The notes under the pieces: generated by a model | Seen by the model: only the letters and a program-made list of their open reading frames with translations | The model's database searches: none | What the model was told of the DNA's origin: nothing | Assembly (NCBI RefSeq): GCF_001194135.2 | Contig: NC_068993.1 | Coordinates: 58,683,914 to 58,716,314 of the forward strand | Direction of reading: 5' to 3' | From: Octopus bimaculoides | Taxonomy: Eukaryota | Length of the DNA stretch: 32,401 nt | Program-made: the position numbers and the translations under genes | Shown: one piece after another, positions 21,934 to 32,401 of the stretch | How the letters are laid out: each line of letters begins with the position of its first letter | Position numbering within the stretch: position 1 is the stretch's first letter

Positions 21934-23550
21934 CAGCTGCAAATGAGTAACTCTGCTACGAACTACCACCATTCCGTTCGAGTGGGAAATACTGGCCTCC
22001 CCCAACTAGCCAGCAGGAATGGGATCATTTGAAAAGCTTCTGTAATGCGAGGAAGCGCAGTGGAAACAGCAGTGTGTAACATCATATAGTCTGTAATCAA
22101 GACAATGATACACACACACAAACAAACACACACATAAACACATGCACAAACCCACACACAAATACACACCCACATTCGTTTTATTTAAAAAAAGCAAAAT
22201 TCTATTTATAAAGATGTGAAATTCTTTGAATATTAACAAGTTGGAAAATTTTGCAATTATTTTTTAAAAAGTCTACATAATTTATATTAGACTCTGTAAT
22301 TTAATCTAAATTAAATTAACTGTAAAAAGTAGATACGTAACGAAAATTTATTTTAGTTGTAATTGGTGTACGTATTATAAAGGGAATAAAATGTATGCAT
22401 ATTATATATAAAAAGAAAAATTCTTGTTTTACGCATAATTGTTTCGAATCAATAGGGTGTGTGCACACTATACCAGTTGTTACTAAGAGCAATATATATG
22501 TATAAGAAAAAATGTAGTATTATTAAATTGAATAGCTGTCGTTTTGGTTGAAGATATTAATATTGTAATAAGATTCTGACCAACAACACACGGTGCAAAT
22601 GGTATAATGTTGGGGGGAAAAAACGCCTTGTGTAAGGCATTCCACCAACTGGAAATCTATTTATTGATAGATGTATGAAAACTTAGAAGGGAAAAATATC
22701 AGGATATTGGTTTTGAAAAACTGTTAATAAAATTCTGTTTAAGGGAACTTGTGAAAATCTGAAGAAATAGAATATAAAAAGTATGGCTAAAAATCAAGCG
22801 GGTAAATTTAAAAGGAAAATGTGGGATTTGAGGATAAGGTGAACAAGGTGTGAAATATATTAAGACGTTTTAAGATGTACAGAGCGATCGCCATATGGTT
22901 TCCTAACCTCCAAACAGCAATATTCTTAAAAGAATGTGATAAATTGTGCTAACAGAAAAAAGGGTGATTTTTTCCCTAACTTAATAATACTTCGAAATTT
23001 GTCTTTAAAGCTAAAATTAATCATAATATTAAAAAAAAATTATCAATATTTATCGATATTAGGCTAATATACCTAAAGCGCCAGTTTGCAAAACCATATT
23101 TCGTCAGTTATTAACAATAATATCTGTGACCAACAAATACTGCGCTTTTTCAAATNNNNNNNNNNNNNNNNNNNNNNNNNNNNNNNNNNNNNNNNNNNNN
23201 NNNNNNNNNNNNNNNNNNNNNNNNNNNNNNNNNNNNNNNNNNNNNNNNNNNNNNNNNNNNNNNNNNNNNNNNNNNNNNNNNNNNNNNNNNNNNNNNNNNN
23301 NNNNNNNNNNNNNNNNNNNNNNNNNNNNNNNNNNNNNNNNNNNNNNNNNNNNNNNNNNNNNNNNNNNNNNNNNNNNNNNNNNNNNNNNNNNNNNNNNNNN
23401 NNNNNNNNNNNNNNNNNNNNNNNNNNNNNNNNNNNNNNNNNNNNNNNNNNNNNNNNNNNNNNNNNNNNNNNNNNNNNNNNNNNNNNNNNNNNNNNNNNNN
23501 NNNNNNNNNNNNNNNNNNNNNNNNNNNNNNNNNNNNNNNNNNNNNNNNNN

Positions 23551-23605
<55 letters not shown>

Positions 23606-23799
23606 ATGTATGTATGTGTAAATATGTATATGTATGTATGTATATATGTTTGTGTATATATATATGTGTAAGTATATATGTATGTATACACATATACATA
23701 TGCGCATATATATATATACGTATGCATGTATGTATGTATATATACATACATATACATATATATATATATATGTGTGTGTGTGTATATATGTATATGTTT

Positions 23800-24125
23800 G
23801 TCGGATTCGACGAAGAGTTCTCAGCTGTTCGATCAACTGAATTATTTGCTCATTTAATTCATTTAATTCATTTAATTCACTTAATTAACGTATAAATGGT
23901 TGAAATTATTCCACAGACACTTGTACCAATAACGTGATTCTCAAACAGAATCAGAGTGAGACAACGCTGTTACCTTTTGAATTCAGAGTACAATCTACCC
24001 GACCGACTACTCTGAAGTTTACGTCTACTCACAAGCTCACTCACAGAGTATGGCCTGATCTGAGACTATTCAAAATAACACTTAAACGATCGAACTCACA
24101 ACACCTTAGTCTCAGAGCAAACTTT
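23800..24125 (-). mobile_element. Old, heavily diverged tail-1 SINE copy
   Basis: GTCGGATTCGACGAAGAG...GATCAACTGAA...TCCACAGACACTTGTACC...CCTTTTGAATT...GATCGAACTCAC keeps the order of motifs seen in the tail-1 SINEs; a 9-bp CATTTAATT repeat (about 4 units) lies inside. Confidence 0.55.
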
Positions 24126-24174
24126 TTGACTATGCATGAATCTTGTCTGTATATGGCTACGCAACAACATACGA

Positions 24175-24213
<39 letters not shown>

Positions 24214-24463
24214 TATATCTATGTGTGTGTGTGTGTGGATAATTTTTTTTTTTCCTGTTCCTTTTACCTGTTTCACTCATTGGACTACAGCCATGCTGGA
24301 ACAACGAATTGAAAAGTTTAAGCAAAGACATGCAAGCATGTATGTATGCATGTATGTATTTGTGCACATGTATGAATTTATGTAATACTGTGCGTACGTA
24401 TGAATGTGTGTACATATGTATGTAAGCATTTATGCATGTATGAGTGTAGGTACGTATTTATGC

Positions 24464-24520
<57 letters not shown>

Positions 24521-26083
24521 TTTACGTACTTTCATGTGCATGTATGAATTTAGGTGTGCATGTTTACATGTATACATGTATGCATGTGTGTATGTATGTA
24601 TGTGTACGAAATGTGTATGCCTATCTGCAGCTGAACGAGTGCCATAAAGAGGTGATAGATTTCCATCGACTGGTGTCTTATATGATCTGACGATGCAGCT
24701 TCAATAAATGCTTCATCTATTTCCCAATTGAAATATTTCTTGGAACTACGAACAACGTAGTCAGTAATTCTAAACTTTGACACTTGCCATGTCACCTATA
24801 TGTTCACTTGACCTTTGACACGTTACCCTAAAGACCTAAAGGCGGAAGTCTTTGCTGATAAATCCAGCTATCTTGTAAGTGTAACACAATTCACATGCAT
24901 TGGCACGTGCGTACAAACACACTCAAGCCCAAACGCCATTTATGGCGATAGACACACGCATATACGTGTAGCTGATGTTCATATTCATACTCATATACAT
25001 GTACATACAGAAAGAGATCTGCGTAAGTTATACACGCATCGCACACACACAAAGACACACATTCACACATTCACTCGCCATACATACACACAAACATGTA
25101 CGGACACATTCATACATATGAACAAGCTCCTCCTCCGCGTTCATTTCTCTATATCCAGTACATGATCATATGCACGTACACGCATACTCGTACGAAAGTG
25201 AGCAATGCACATGTTCATACGTTAACACGACAGAAACGATCGCACACACAAATTCCTATACAGAAAACGCAAGTGAATACAGCATATTTACACCAGAATG
25301 TACATACACATATATATATATTATAAATATANNNNNNNNNNNNNNNNNNNNNNNNNNNNNNNNNNNNNNNNNNNNNNNNNNNNNNNNNNNNNNNNNNNNN
25401 NNNNNNNNNNNNNNNNNNNNNNNNNNNNNNNNNNNNNNNNNNNNNNNNNNNNNNNNNNNNNNNNNNNNNNNNNNNNNNNNNNNNNNNNNNNNNNNNNNNN
25501 NNNNNNNNNNNNNNNNNNNNNNNNNNNNNNNNNNNNNNNNNNNNNNNNNNNNNNNNNNNNNNNNNNNNNNNNNNNNNNNNNNNNNNNNNNNNNNNNNNNN
25601 NNNNNNNNNNNNNNNNNNNNNNNNNNNNNNNNNNNNNNNNNNNNNNNNNNNNNNNNNNNNNNNNNNNNNNNNNNNNNNNNNNNNNNNNNNNNNNNNNNNN
25701 NNNNNNNNNNNNNNNNNNNNNNNNNNNNNNNNNNNNNNNNNNNNNNNNNNNNNNNNNNNNNNNNNNNNNNNNNNNNNNNNNNNNNNNNNNNNNNNNNNNN
25801 NNNNNNNNNNNNNNNNNNNNNNNNNNNNNNNNNNNNNNNNNNNNNNNNNNNNNNNNNNNNNNNNNNNNNNNNNNNNNNNNNNNNNNNNNNNNNNNNNNNN
25901 NNNNNNNNNNNNNNNNNNNNNNNNNNNNNNNNNNNNNNNNNNNNNNNNNNNNNNNNNNNNNNNNNNNNNNNNNNNNNNNNNNNNNNNNNNNNNNNNNNNN
26001 NNNNNNNNNNNNNNNNNNNNNNNNNNNNNNNNNNNNNNNNNNNNNNNNNNNNNNNNNNNNNNNNNNNNNNNNNNNNNNNNNNN

Positions 26084-26146
<63 letters not shown>

Positions 26147-26258
26147 GTCTCATTCATTCCTCTTCATTATATCCGTCTATCCCTGTTCTATTCTGCCTCA
26201 CACTCTCCCTCTTTTTTTCTTTCTTTATTTTTATTATTTCTATTCCATTCTGCTTCAA

Positions 26259-26298
<40 letters not shown>

Positions 26299-26757
26299 AG
26301 AGAGAGAACGAACACGTGCACGCCTTTGTGTGTTTGTATGTATGTGTATGTGTGTGTATGCATCTTTCTCTCCCTCCTTCACTGCATGTGTGTATGTATA
26401 TGTGTGGGTGTATGGTTGTGTACACACACACACATATATATCTGTACATATATGTATGTATGTGTGTATGCATTTATGTATCTACGTATCTATATATGTA
26501 TATGTATGTATACATGTATGTATGTATGCATATATGTGTCTATATATGCATCTCAGTATGTAACGTGTATATGTATATGATGCATGTGTTTTTCTGTATA
26601 TATGTGTGTGTATATGTGTGTGTGTCGATACGCATATTTTCTCTCCATGTCATTCTATCTATTTATCTACCCATCTATTTATTTATTTATCTCTCGGTCA
26701 GTCTATCTATTTATCTATCTATCTATTTATCTATTAATCTATCTCTCTATTTAACTG

Positions 26758-26800
<43 letters not shown>
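26084..26800. repeat. Compound (CT)/(TG)/(GA)/(TATG)/(TCTA) microsatellite field
   Basis: Directly visible. Confidence 0.93.
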
Positions 26801-27417
26801 NNNNNNNNNNNNNNNNNNNNNNNNNNNNNNNNNNNNNNNNNNNNNNNNNNNNNNNNNNNNNNNNNNNNNNNNNNNNNNNNNNNNNNNNNNNNNNNNNNNN
26901 NNNNNNNNNNNNNNNNNNNNNNNNNNNNNNNNNNNNNNNNNNNNNNNNNNNNNNNNNNNNNNNNNNNNNNNNNNNNNNNNNNNNNNNNNNNNNNNNNNNN
27001 NNNNNNNNNNNNNNNNNNNNNNNTATATATATATATATATATATATCCATCTAACTCTGTATGTCTCTATCTCTTTTTCTCTGCATAGCGTTGTCCATAT
27101 ATCAAAAACATCGTCTGCAAACGCCGCCGTCTGAAATAAGCTATCCCATGACCACATCATGCTTTCGTTAGCTCCAAGCTTAAACGGCTTCCAACCTTCC
27201 TCTAAAAATAGATTCCATCGATTAACCAGGATATTTCACTCATAGGCAGAACCGCCCACTGACGCCCATCAACGCCCAGCTGTAATAACAATCATAACAA
27301 TATGACGATGATGGTCACAGTGTTATTGGTGACGGTGGTGATGATTATGATGATGATGATGATGATGATGGCGATATAGTGATGGTGATGGTGATGGTGA
27401 TGGTGATGGTGATGTTT

Positions 27418-27590
27418 AACATTGGCACAAGGTCATGCACTTTATAAAGGAAGTGGTGGCGGGTGGGGGGACAATTAGACAATGAATCGATCTCAATAGT
27501 TAGCTCCCGAGGCAGAAAAGCAAAAGCGATTTGACCCCACCGATTCGATTGAACTGAGAGCGTAAAGAGATGTAACTAAAGCCTGTAGGC
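27418..27590 (-). mobile_element. Highly degenerate SINE family A copy next to (GAT)/(GGT) repeats
   Basis: TTGGCACAAGG...GAACTGAGAGCGTAAAG resembles the reverse complement of family A. Confidence 0.45.
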
Positions 27591-27630
27591 CGTTTTAATA
27601 TTGCTTGCTACACTTCTGTCTCCTTTTTCG

Positions 27631-27702
<72 letters not shown>

Positions 27703-27709
27703 GTAATAA
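27631..27709. repeat. (AAT)n / (TAA)n microsatellite
   Basis: Directly visible. Confidence 0.99.
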
Positions 27710-27711
27710 AA

Positions 27712-28400
27712 AGGCCAAGCAAAATAAATGAGGATAACAGTGTAAACGGGACTGGAACTTATGATGAAGTTGCTGCACCCGGCAGGTGCCCCATTGCACG
27801 GCAGGGTGGGCCCGGTCGTAATCCAACAACTATTAGCCAGTCCTTGTACTGGTCAAAATATGCAAAGTGCTCGCAAACGCAAGTGGTCTGTTGATATGAA
27901 CCAAAAGGCGATCCAGTGCCATGAACAAGCCTTGCTTGACAAGAACAATGGCAAATGTAAAGCTGTTGGGAAAAGATCATTAGAACTTTGGAACCAGCTG
28001 GGTTTGTTCCAAATTACTGATTATGGACTCATGAATCAGATGAGAATAATTCGGAATATAGTCTTTCCTAATGAGGCCCAGATACAGACAATCAGGAAAA
28101 GTCACTGTAGTGGTGATAATCTTGAGGAGAATAACGTAGGTGAAGATCAGCGAATGCGTAGCCAAGGTGAAGTTGTAGTGGAGGAGAGGTCGGCTTATAT
28201 AATGTAGAAAACCCTGAACTACGAGAGGATATAATTGAGGAACAGAGAAACCTTGGGATAAGACTCGAGGATATAATAATTACAAGAACAGAGACGAAGT
28301 CGGTGAGTTTAAGAAGCTTCAACCGTAACAATGTGAAACGCGCGACCCGAAAAGTTTTGGAAATGAAAAGTAATGAATGTAAATATCGTTTTAAAAGTTT
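27712..28400 (+). mobile_element. 5' fragment of an R4-clade (Dong/Rex6-like) non-LTR retrotransposon ORF, frameshifted, 3'-truncated
   Basis: Joined frames: NEDNSVNGTGTYDEVAAPGRCPIARQGGPGRNPTT / ARKRKWSVDMNQKAIQCHEQ...KRSLELWNQLGLFQITDYGLMNQMRIIRN...AQIQTIRK / SLRSFNRNNVKRATRKV. This follows the N-terminal RRKWS...C...W...G.F..T...L.DQ.R.I pattern I recall for R4/Dong proteins. No RT or endonuclease domain present. Confidence 0.7.
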
Positions 28401-28403
28401 GTC

Positions 28404-28810
28404 ACGACGTGGCTGTGTGGTAGGAAGCTTGCTTCCCAACCACATGCTTCTGGATTCAGCCTCACTGCGTGGTACCTTGGGCAAATGTCTTCTACTTATC
28501 CTCGGGCCGACCAAAGCCTTATGAGTGGATTTGGTAGACGGAAACCGAAAGACGCCCATCGTATATATATATATGTATATATCTATGTATGTGTCTGCGT
28601 TTGTGCCTCCCCCCTCCAGTAACCACTTGACAACCGGTGTTAGTGTGTTTACTTCCCCGTACTTTAGCGGTTCGGCAAAAGAGACCAACAGAACAACTAC
28701 TAAGCTTAAAAAATAAGTCCTGGGGTCGATCTGCTCAACTAAAACCCTTCAAAGTGATGCCCCAGCATGGCCACAGTCAAATGACTGAAGCAAGTAAAAG
28801 AATAGAAGAA
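28404..28810 (+). mobile_element. SINE family B, full-length
   Basis: A-box-like TGGCTGTGTGG head, CCTTGGGCAAATGTCTTC (CORE-like), internal (TA)/(TATG) run 28560-28605, full 3' module, AAAAGAATAGAAGAA tail. Confidence 0.9.
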
Positions 28811-29079
28811 CAAAACAAACCATTTTCTCTTTTCTGTTTCCTTAACACGGCCCTCGAGGGCCGGCTTTCCTTAGGAAATAACGCTTCTTAAAAATACCCC
28901 AAAGAAATGTCTCTATTACAACCACCTCTGCTCATCTGACCTAGCGACACCCGACCTCCACTCACGCATGTCAAATACACCAAACTCTCTTCCTTGCTTC
29001 ACCTCTATGTCATCTTACTCTTCGTGCTAGAAACAGTAGCCAAATCAACTTTAACTCAACCTACCTTATATCTGTTATC

Positions 29080-29420
29080 TTTGAAGACCGAGTTGAAGCT
29101 GTTTTGTATTAGTATTCCTTGTATTAGTTTTCCTTCATTTTATTTTTCCCTAGATGTATTTCTGTAGTCGTACAGTAGATATTTCACAATGATAATATTC
29201 TCGTTGCAGAAGGCTTTTAACTTTCTTATATTTGCGTTAAATGTCTTACGTGTGGGATTTTTGTTGCATACTTTATTAATTTATTATCTAATTATCCTTT
29301 CCTAACATTTTCCATCACTTTTATGTATGCGCTGTACTCTGTCTAGATCATTAATTGTTAAACATTCATAACTTTTCTGTTTGATCTAATTCTCTTATCT
29401 CAGTTTCTGTATCTAACATG
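29080..29420 (-). mobile_element. Possible Penelope-like pre-RT fragment
   Basis: Minus frames give [11 protein letters not shown] and IRKLKAFCNENIIIVK, resembling the region before the ADKG motif of Penelope-like RTs. Many stops; weak. Confidence 0.35.
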
Positions 29421-29479
29421 ATACTGGAAGTTTTTATTAATTTTTTCATTACACCCTCTCTTTTCAAAGTTGACACATA

Positions 29480-29487
29480 CACACACA

Positions 29488-29545
<58 letters not shown>

Positions 29546-29583
29546 TTGTCTCTCTCTTTCACTTACTCCCTCTCTCTCTCTCC

Positions 29584-29623
<40 letters not shown>

Positions 29624-29659
29624 TTATCTATCTGACTATCTACCTATCTTTCTTCAAGG

Positions 29660-29705
<46 letters not shown>

Positions 29706-29720
29706 CATCTACCTACTTAT
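29480..29720. repeat. (CA)/(CT)/(TCTA) compound microsatellite
   Basis: Directly visible. Confidence 0.95.
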
Positions 29721-30209
29721 CTCTCTTCAAAGTCGCTTAGGTATTTTTTTTAAACCAACATTTATAATGGTTTAATAGTAGCACTTTTCCCAACTAATTG
29801 TAACAAGGGATTTTCTGTTTGTTGTTGTTCTTGTTGTTGTTATTATTGTTTTCAGTTGTCATCTGCAGTATACACCTTGAGGATTTTGGAGGATTTTCTT
29901 TTTTTTCCATTTACAGAAAAGGTTCATTGTGACTACAGGAGATCTGTGATAATATCAGCAGTCATATTTTTGTTGCATACATTCACTGCACACAGAGAGC
30001 AGCTCTGGGTGCCTTAAGGAAAGTGCAGGGTACTCTATTACGCTATATGTGTGAGTGTATGAGTGTGTTTCTATTGTCCTGAAAGCGCCGCATGCATAAA
30101 ATATGTGGGTGTGTTGTTACATCGTAGTATTATTGTATGCTGTATTACGTATCGGTGTGTAAAACCTTGGAGTAACCTACGTTATATATGTAATGTCATT
30201 GATGCTGTT

Positions 30210-30211
<2 letters not shown>

Positions 30212-30277
<66 letters not shown>

Positions 30278-30490
30278 GGCAGTGGTGATGGTGGTGGTGG
30301 CGGTGGTGGTGGTGGTGGTGGTGGTAGCGGCGATAGTGGTGATGGTAATGGTAGTGGTGGTTGTAGTAGTAGCAGTAGTAGCAGCAGCAGCAGTTGCTAT
30401 TGTTCTTTTTGTTGTTGCTGTTGCAGTTATTATTATTGTTATTATAATCTTGCCGTGACTGTTGCAATTGTTGTTGTTGCTCTTGTGATT
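30212..30490. repeat. Compound trinucleotide tract (AGT)n-(GGT)n-(GCA)n-(GTT)n-(ATT)n
   Basis: Directly visible. Confidence 0.96.
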
Positions 30491-30596
30491 TCTGTTTGTT
30501 GTCAACGCTCTTTAATCAATCAATCAATCAATCAATCAATGTATTGGCTATTTTATCTTCCAGTGAGAGACCCATAGTAATATATAATTGTGCCAT

Positions 30597-31236
30597 TTTC
30601 CCAGGAAGTCCTTCAAGTCCTTCCTCCCCCTCCTCGGAACTTTCCAGGAAGACATTCCCCTCCTCGGAACTTTCCAGGAAGTCATTCGTCCCATTCATCC
30701 ACCTCCTCGGAGGTTTCCAGGAAGTTTCCCTCCACTCCTCGGAACTTTCCGTGAAGTTCTTCCTACCCTCCTCGGAACAGGAAGCCCTTCCTCCCCTTCA
30801 TCCCATCCTCGAAACTTTCCAATAAGTCCTTCCTCCCTCACCTCGGAACTTTCCATGAAGTCATTTCTCCCCCTCCTTGGAACTTTCCAGGAAGCCCTTC
30901 CTCCCCTTCATCCCCCTTCATCAGAACTTTCCATGAAGTTCTTCCTCCCTCTCCTCGAAACTTCCTCCTTCCAGAAAGTCCCTCAGAACATTCGAGGAAG
31001 TCCTTCAAGTCCTTCCACCCCTGCTCGGAACTTTCTCGGTAGTGCTTCCTCCCACGCCACGGAACTTTCCTGGAAATCCTTCCTCCCCTCCTTGGAACTT
31101 TTCAGTATGTCCTTCCTCCCCTTCATCTCTTCCTCGGAACTTCCCAGGGAGTCCTTCCTCCCCTCCTCGGAAGTTTCCATGAAGTCCTTCCTCCCCTCCT
31201 CGGAACTTTCCAGGAAGTCCTTCCTCCCCTTCCTGG
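30597..31236. repeat. Degenerate 33-bp minisatellite, roughly 19 units, consensus GTCCTTCCTCCCCTCCTCGGAACTTTCCAGGAA
   Basis: Unit read from the best-preserved copies (31151-31216). A unit length divisible by 3 explains the repeated SFLPSSELSRK (+) and EEGRKDFLESS (-) ORFs. Confidence 0.95.
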
Positions 31237-31349
31237 GAGAATGTTCCATCAGCATAGACGATCGCTAATATAGATGTTGTTATAACTTTCCAAGTTGCTA
31301 GACCTGGTATAAATAGCAGCCAAATTTCTGAAATATTATGTTACTCACG

Positions 31350-31767
31350 CAACAATAGTTGGCCTTAAATGTTTATTGAGACCTTTTATATATCTATGTG
31401 AAGTAGGGAAATAGAGTAACAAGGATTATATAATGATTAGCTTAAGGAAGTTCCGAGCTCCATTTTTCGGTACACTTAAACTGCGACAAGAATTACGCCA
31501 GAAATGCTTTCTAGTTTTACTTCTGATGTTATTTGGTGTGGGTTGCGTAAAACACTTTCGTTTGATGTTAAACACCTCTGGTAAAGGACTTGTAGTAAAG
31601 AACAGCATTGTTAAATCTTTCCCTGTTCAATGAGGGGTTAAAAAATACGTTTGCTAATGGGGTCTGTAATGAGCTTTATCATCATAAACGGATGAATTGA
31701 AACTCCAAATTATTCTTTTTTCTACGTTGAGTGTAATGTAGCGATTGCTGGAGCTCATATATAAATA

Positions 31768-31813
<46 letters not shown>

Positions 31814-32008
31814 GGTGGTGGTGGTGGTGGTGGTGGTGTTGTTGTTGTTGTTGTCGTCGGCGTCGTTGTTGGGGTACGTTAGAGGTGGTGTTTGCCTGTT
31901 TTTAGGTTTGATGTCACATTTAGAAAATTTACTATCTTTAGGTTTGTAGTTGTCGTAATTTTGAAATCAAATTCTTTAAAAGTGCTAATTAGCGGCTTTC
32001 TGACTTTG
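31350..32008 (-). mobile_element. Penelope-like element fragment (RT C-terminus and linker), interrupted by (GTT)/(GGT) microsatellite at 31767-31870
   Basis: Minus frames in colinear order: KVRKPLISTFKEFDFKITTTTNLKIVNFLNVTSNLKTGKHH / SIHPFMMIKLITDPISKRI / FNNAVLYY / SLSVPKNGARNFLKLI / YFPTSHRY, matching the Penelope-like NFLDVT...SNHPP...FLxLIDKHFP series. Confidence 0.8.
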
Positions 32009-32025
32009 AATGGGCGTGACATGGA

Positions 32026-32350
32026 CAAACTTTGGAAGACACTAATTAGCGCTTTTAAAGAATTTGATTTTAAAATTTCGATAAATACAAAGCTGAACAT
32101 CGTAAATTTCTTAAATACTACAGTAAAACTAAAATAGGTAAACATCATCCAGGCCCTAAACACAAGAAGGAAAACAACTTATATACATAAATAGGAAGTC
32201 AATCCATCCGCCTACGAACACGCTGTTTATTGGAAACGATATGAGCTGACGTATGTCAAGTCTGTCATCGAGTAGAAACTTAACATATTGGCCCTCATTA
32301 CAATTAATCCCTAACTAGGAGGGTTGTTTAACAAAAAGTTGAAAGAAAAT
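32026..32350 (+). mobile_element. Penelope-like element fragment, inverted relative to the previous one
   Basis: KLWKTLISAFKEFDFKISINTKLNIVNFLNTT / LIYINRKSIHPPT...RMSSLSSS / PHYN; about 77% identical to the reverse complement of 31884-32008. Confidence 0.85.
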
Positions 32351-32362
32351 GGGAACCAATTT

Positions 32363-32401
<39 letters not shown>

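Larger units (their letters stand above)
378..27023. other. Ten assembly gaps (N-runs): 378-636, 3181-3742, 4797-5161, 10090-10249, 11280-11369, 17329-17410, 20362-21113, 23156-23550, 25332-26083, 26801-27023
   Basis: Read directly. Each gap is bordered by a TA/TG/CT/ATT microsatellite on at least one side, typical of short-read scaffolds breaking at simple repeats. ORFs running through X residues are artefacts. Confidence 0.99.

Noticed and set aside
20362-26083. Two gaps of identical length (752 N)
   Set aside because: Gap sizes are scaffolder estimates and carry no biological information.
270-27160. Long ORFs of 100-420 aa containing X, YIYI, HTHT, SLSL, ERER or poly-L/S/V/N/I
   Set aside because: They are translations of microsatellites and N-gaps, which lack stop codons in some frames; not coding.
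28848-28863. 16-bp perfect GC-rich palindrome CGGCCCTCGAGGGCCG
   Set aside because: An 8-bp-arm palindrome is expected roughly once by chance in ~29 kb; no supporting context.
30597-31236. CRISPR-like array (33-bp period with internal dyad)
   Set aside because: Units are contiguous with no unique spacers, there are no cas genes, and the context is eukaryotic.
30588-31268. 226-aa plus-strand ORF as a real CDS
   Set aside because: It starts at a non-ATG codon, coincides with a 33-bp repeat whose consensus has no stop in that frame, and has no recognisable domain or splice context. Kept only as a remark within the minisatellite finding.

Overview
This is animal genomic DNA from a gapped short-read scaffold: AT-rich, microsatellite-saturated, with ten N-gaps totalling about 3.6 kb. 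The SINE families and repeat landscape look like an octopod cephalopod (Octopus sp.); that is my recognition from memory, not a database result. I found no host protein-coding exon, intact transposon ORF, genuine tRNA/rRNA gene or CRISPR array that I can support. Almost all long ORFs in the track are artefacts of microsatellites or N-runs. The window holds about 20 copies or fragments of several tRNA-derived SINE families (my labels A-E), mariner/Tc1/pogo/hAT DNA-transposon remnants, decayed non-LTR retrotransposon pieces (R4/Dong-like, CR1/L2-like, possibly RTE-like), Penelope-like fragments and one 33-bp minisatellite. I see no strong evidence for a new biological system. The most interesting observations are: two SINE heads paired with two SINE tails in all four combinations; a possible partner LINE for one tail; an R4/Dong-like 5' end abutting a (TAA)n run; a tandem amplification of the 14 bp encoding an RT YADD motif; a head-to-head Penelope inversion; a SINE with an internal microsatellite seed; a 30-bp-arm palindrome at a SINE 5' junction; and a minisatellite carrying repeated kappaB-like GGAACTTTCC motifs. 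All family assignments come from visual motif recognition and need Dfam/Repbase/HMM confirmation.
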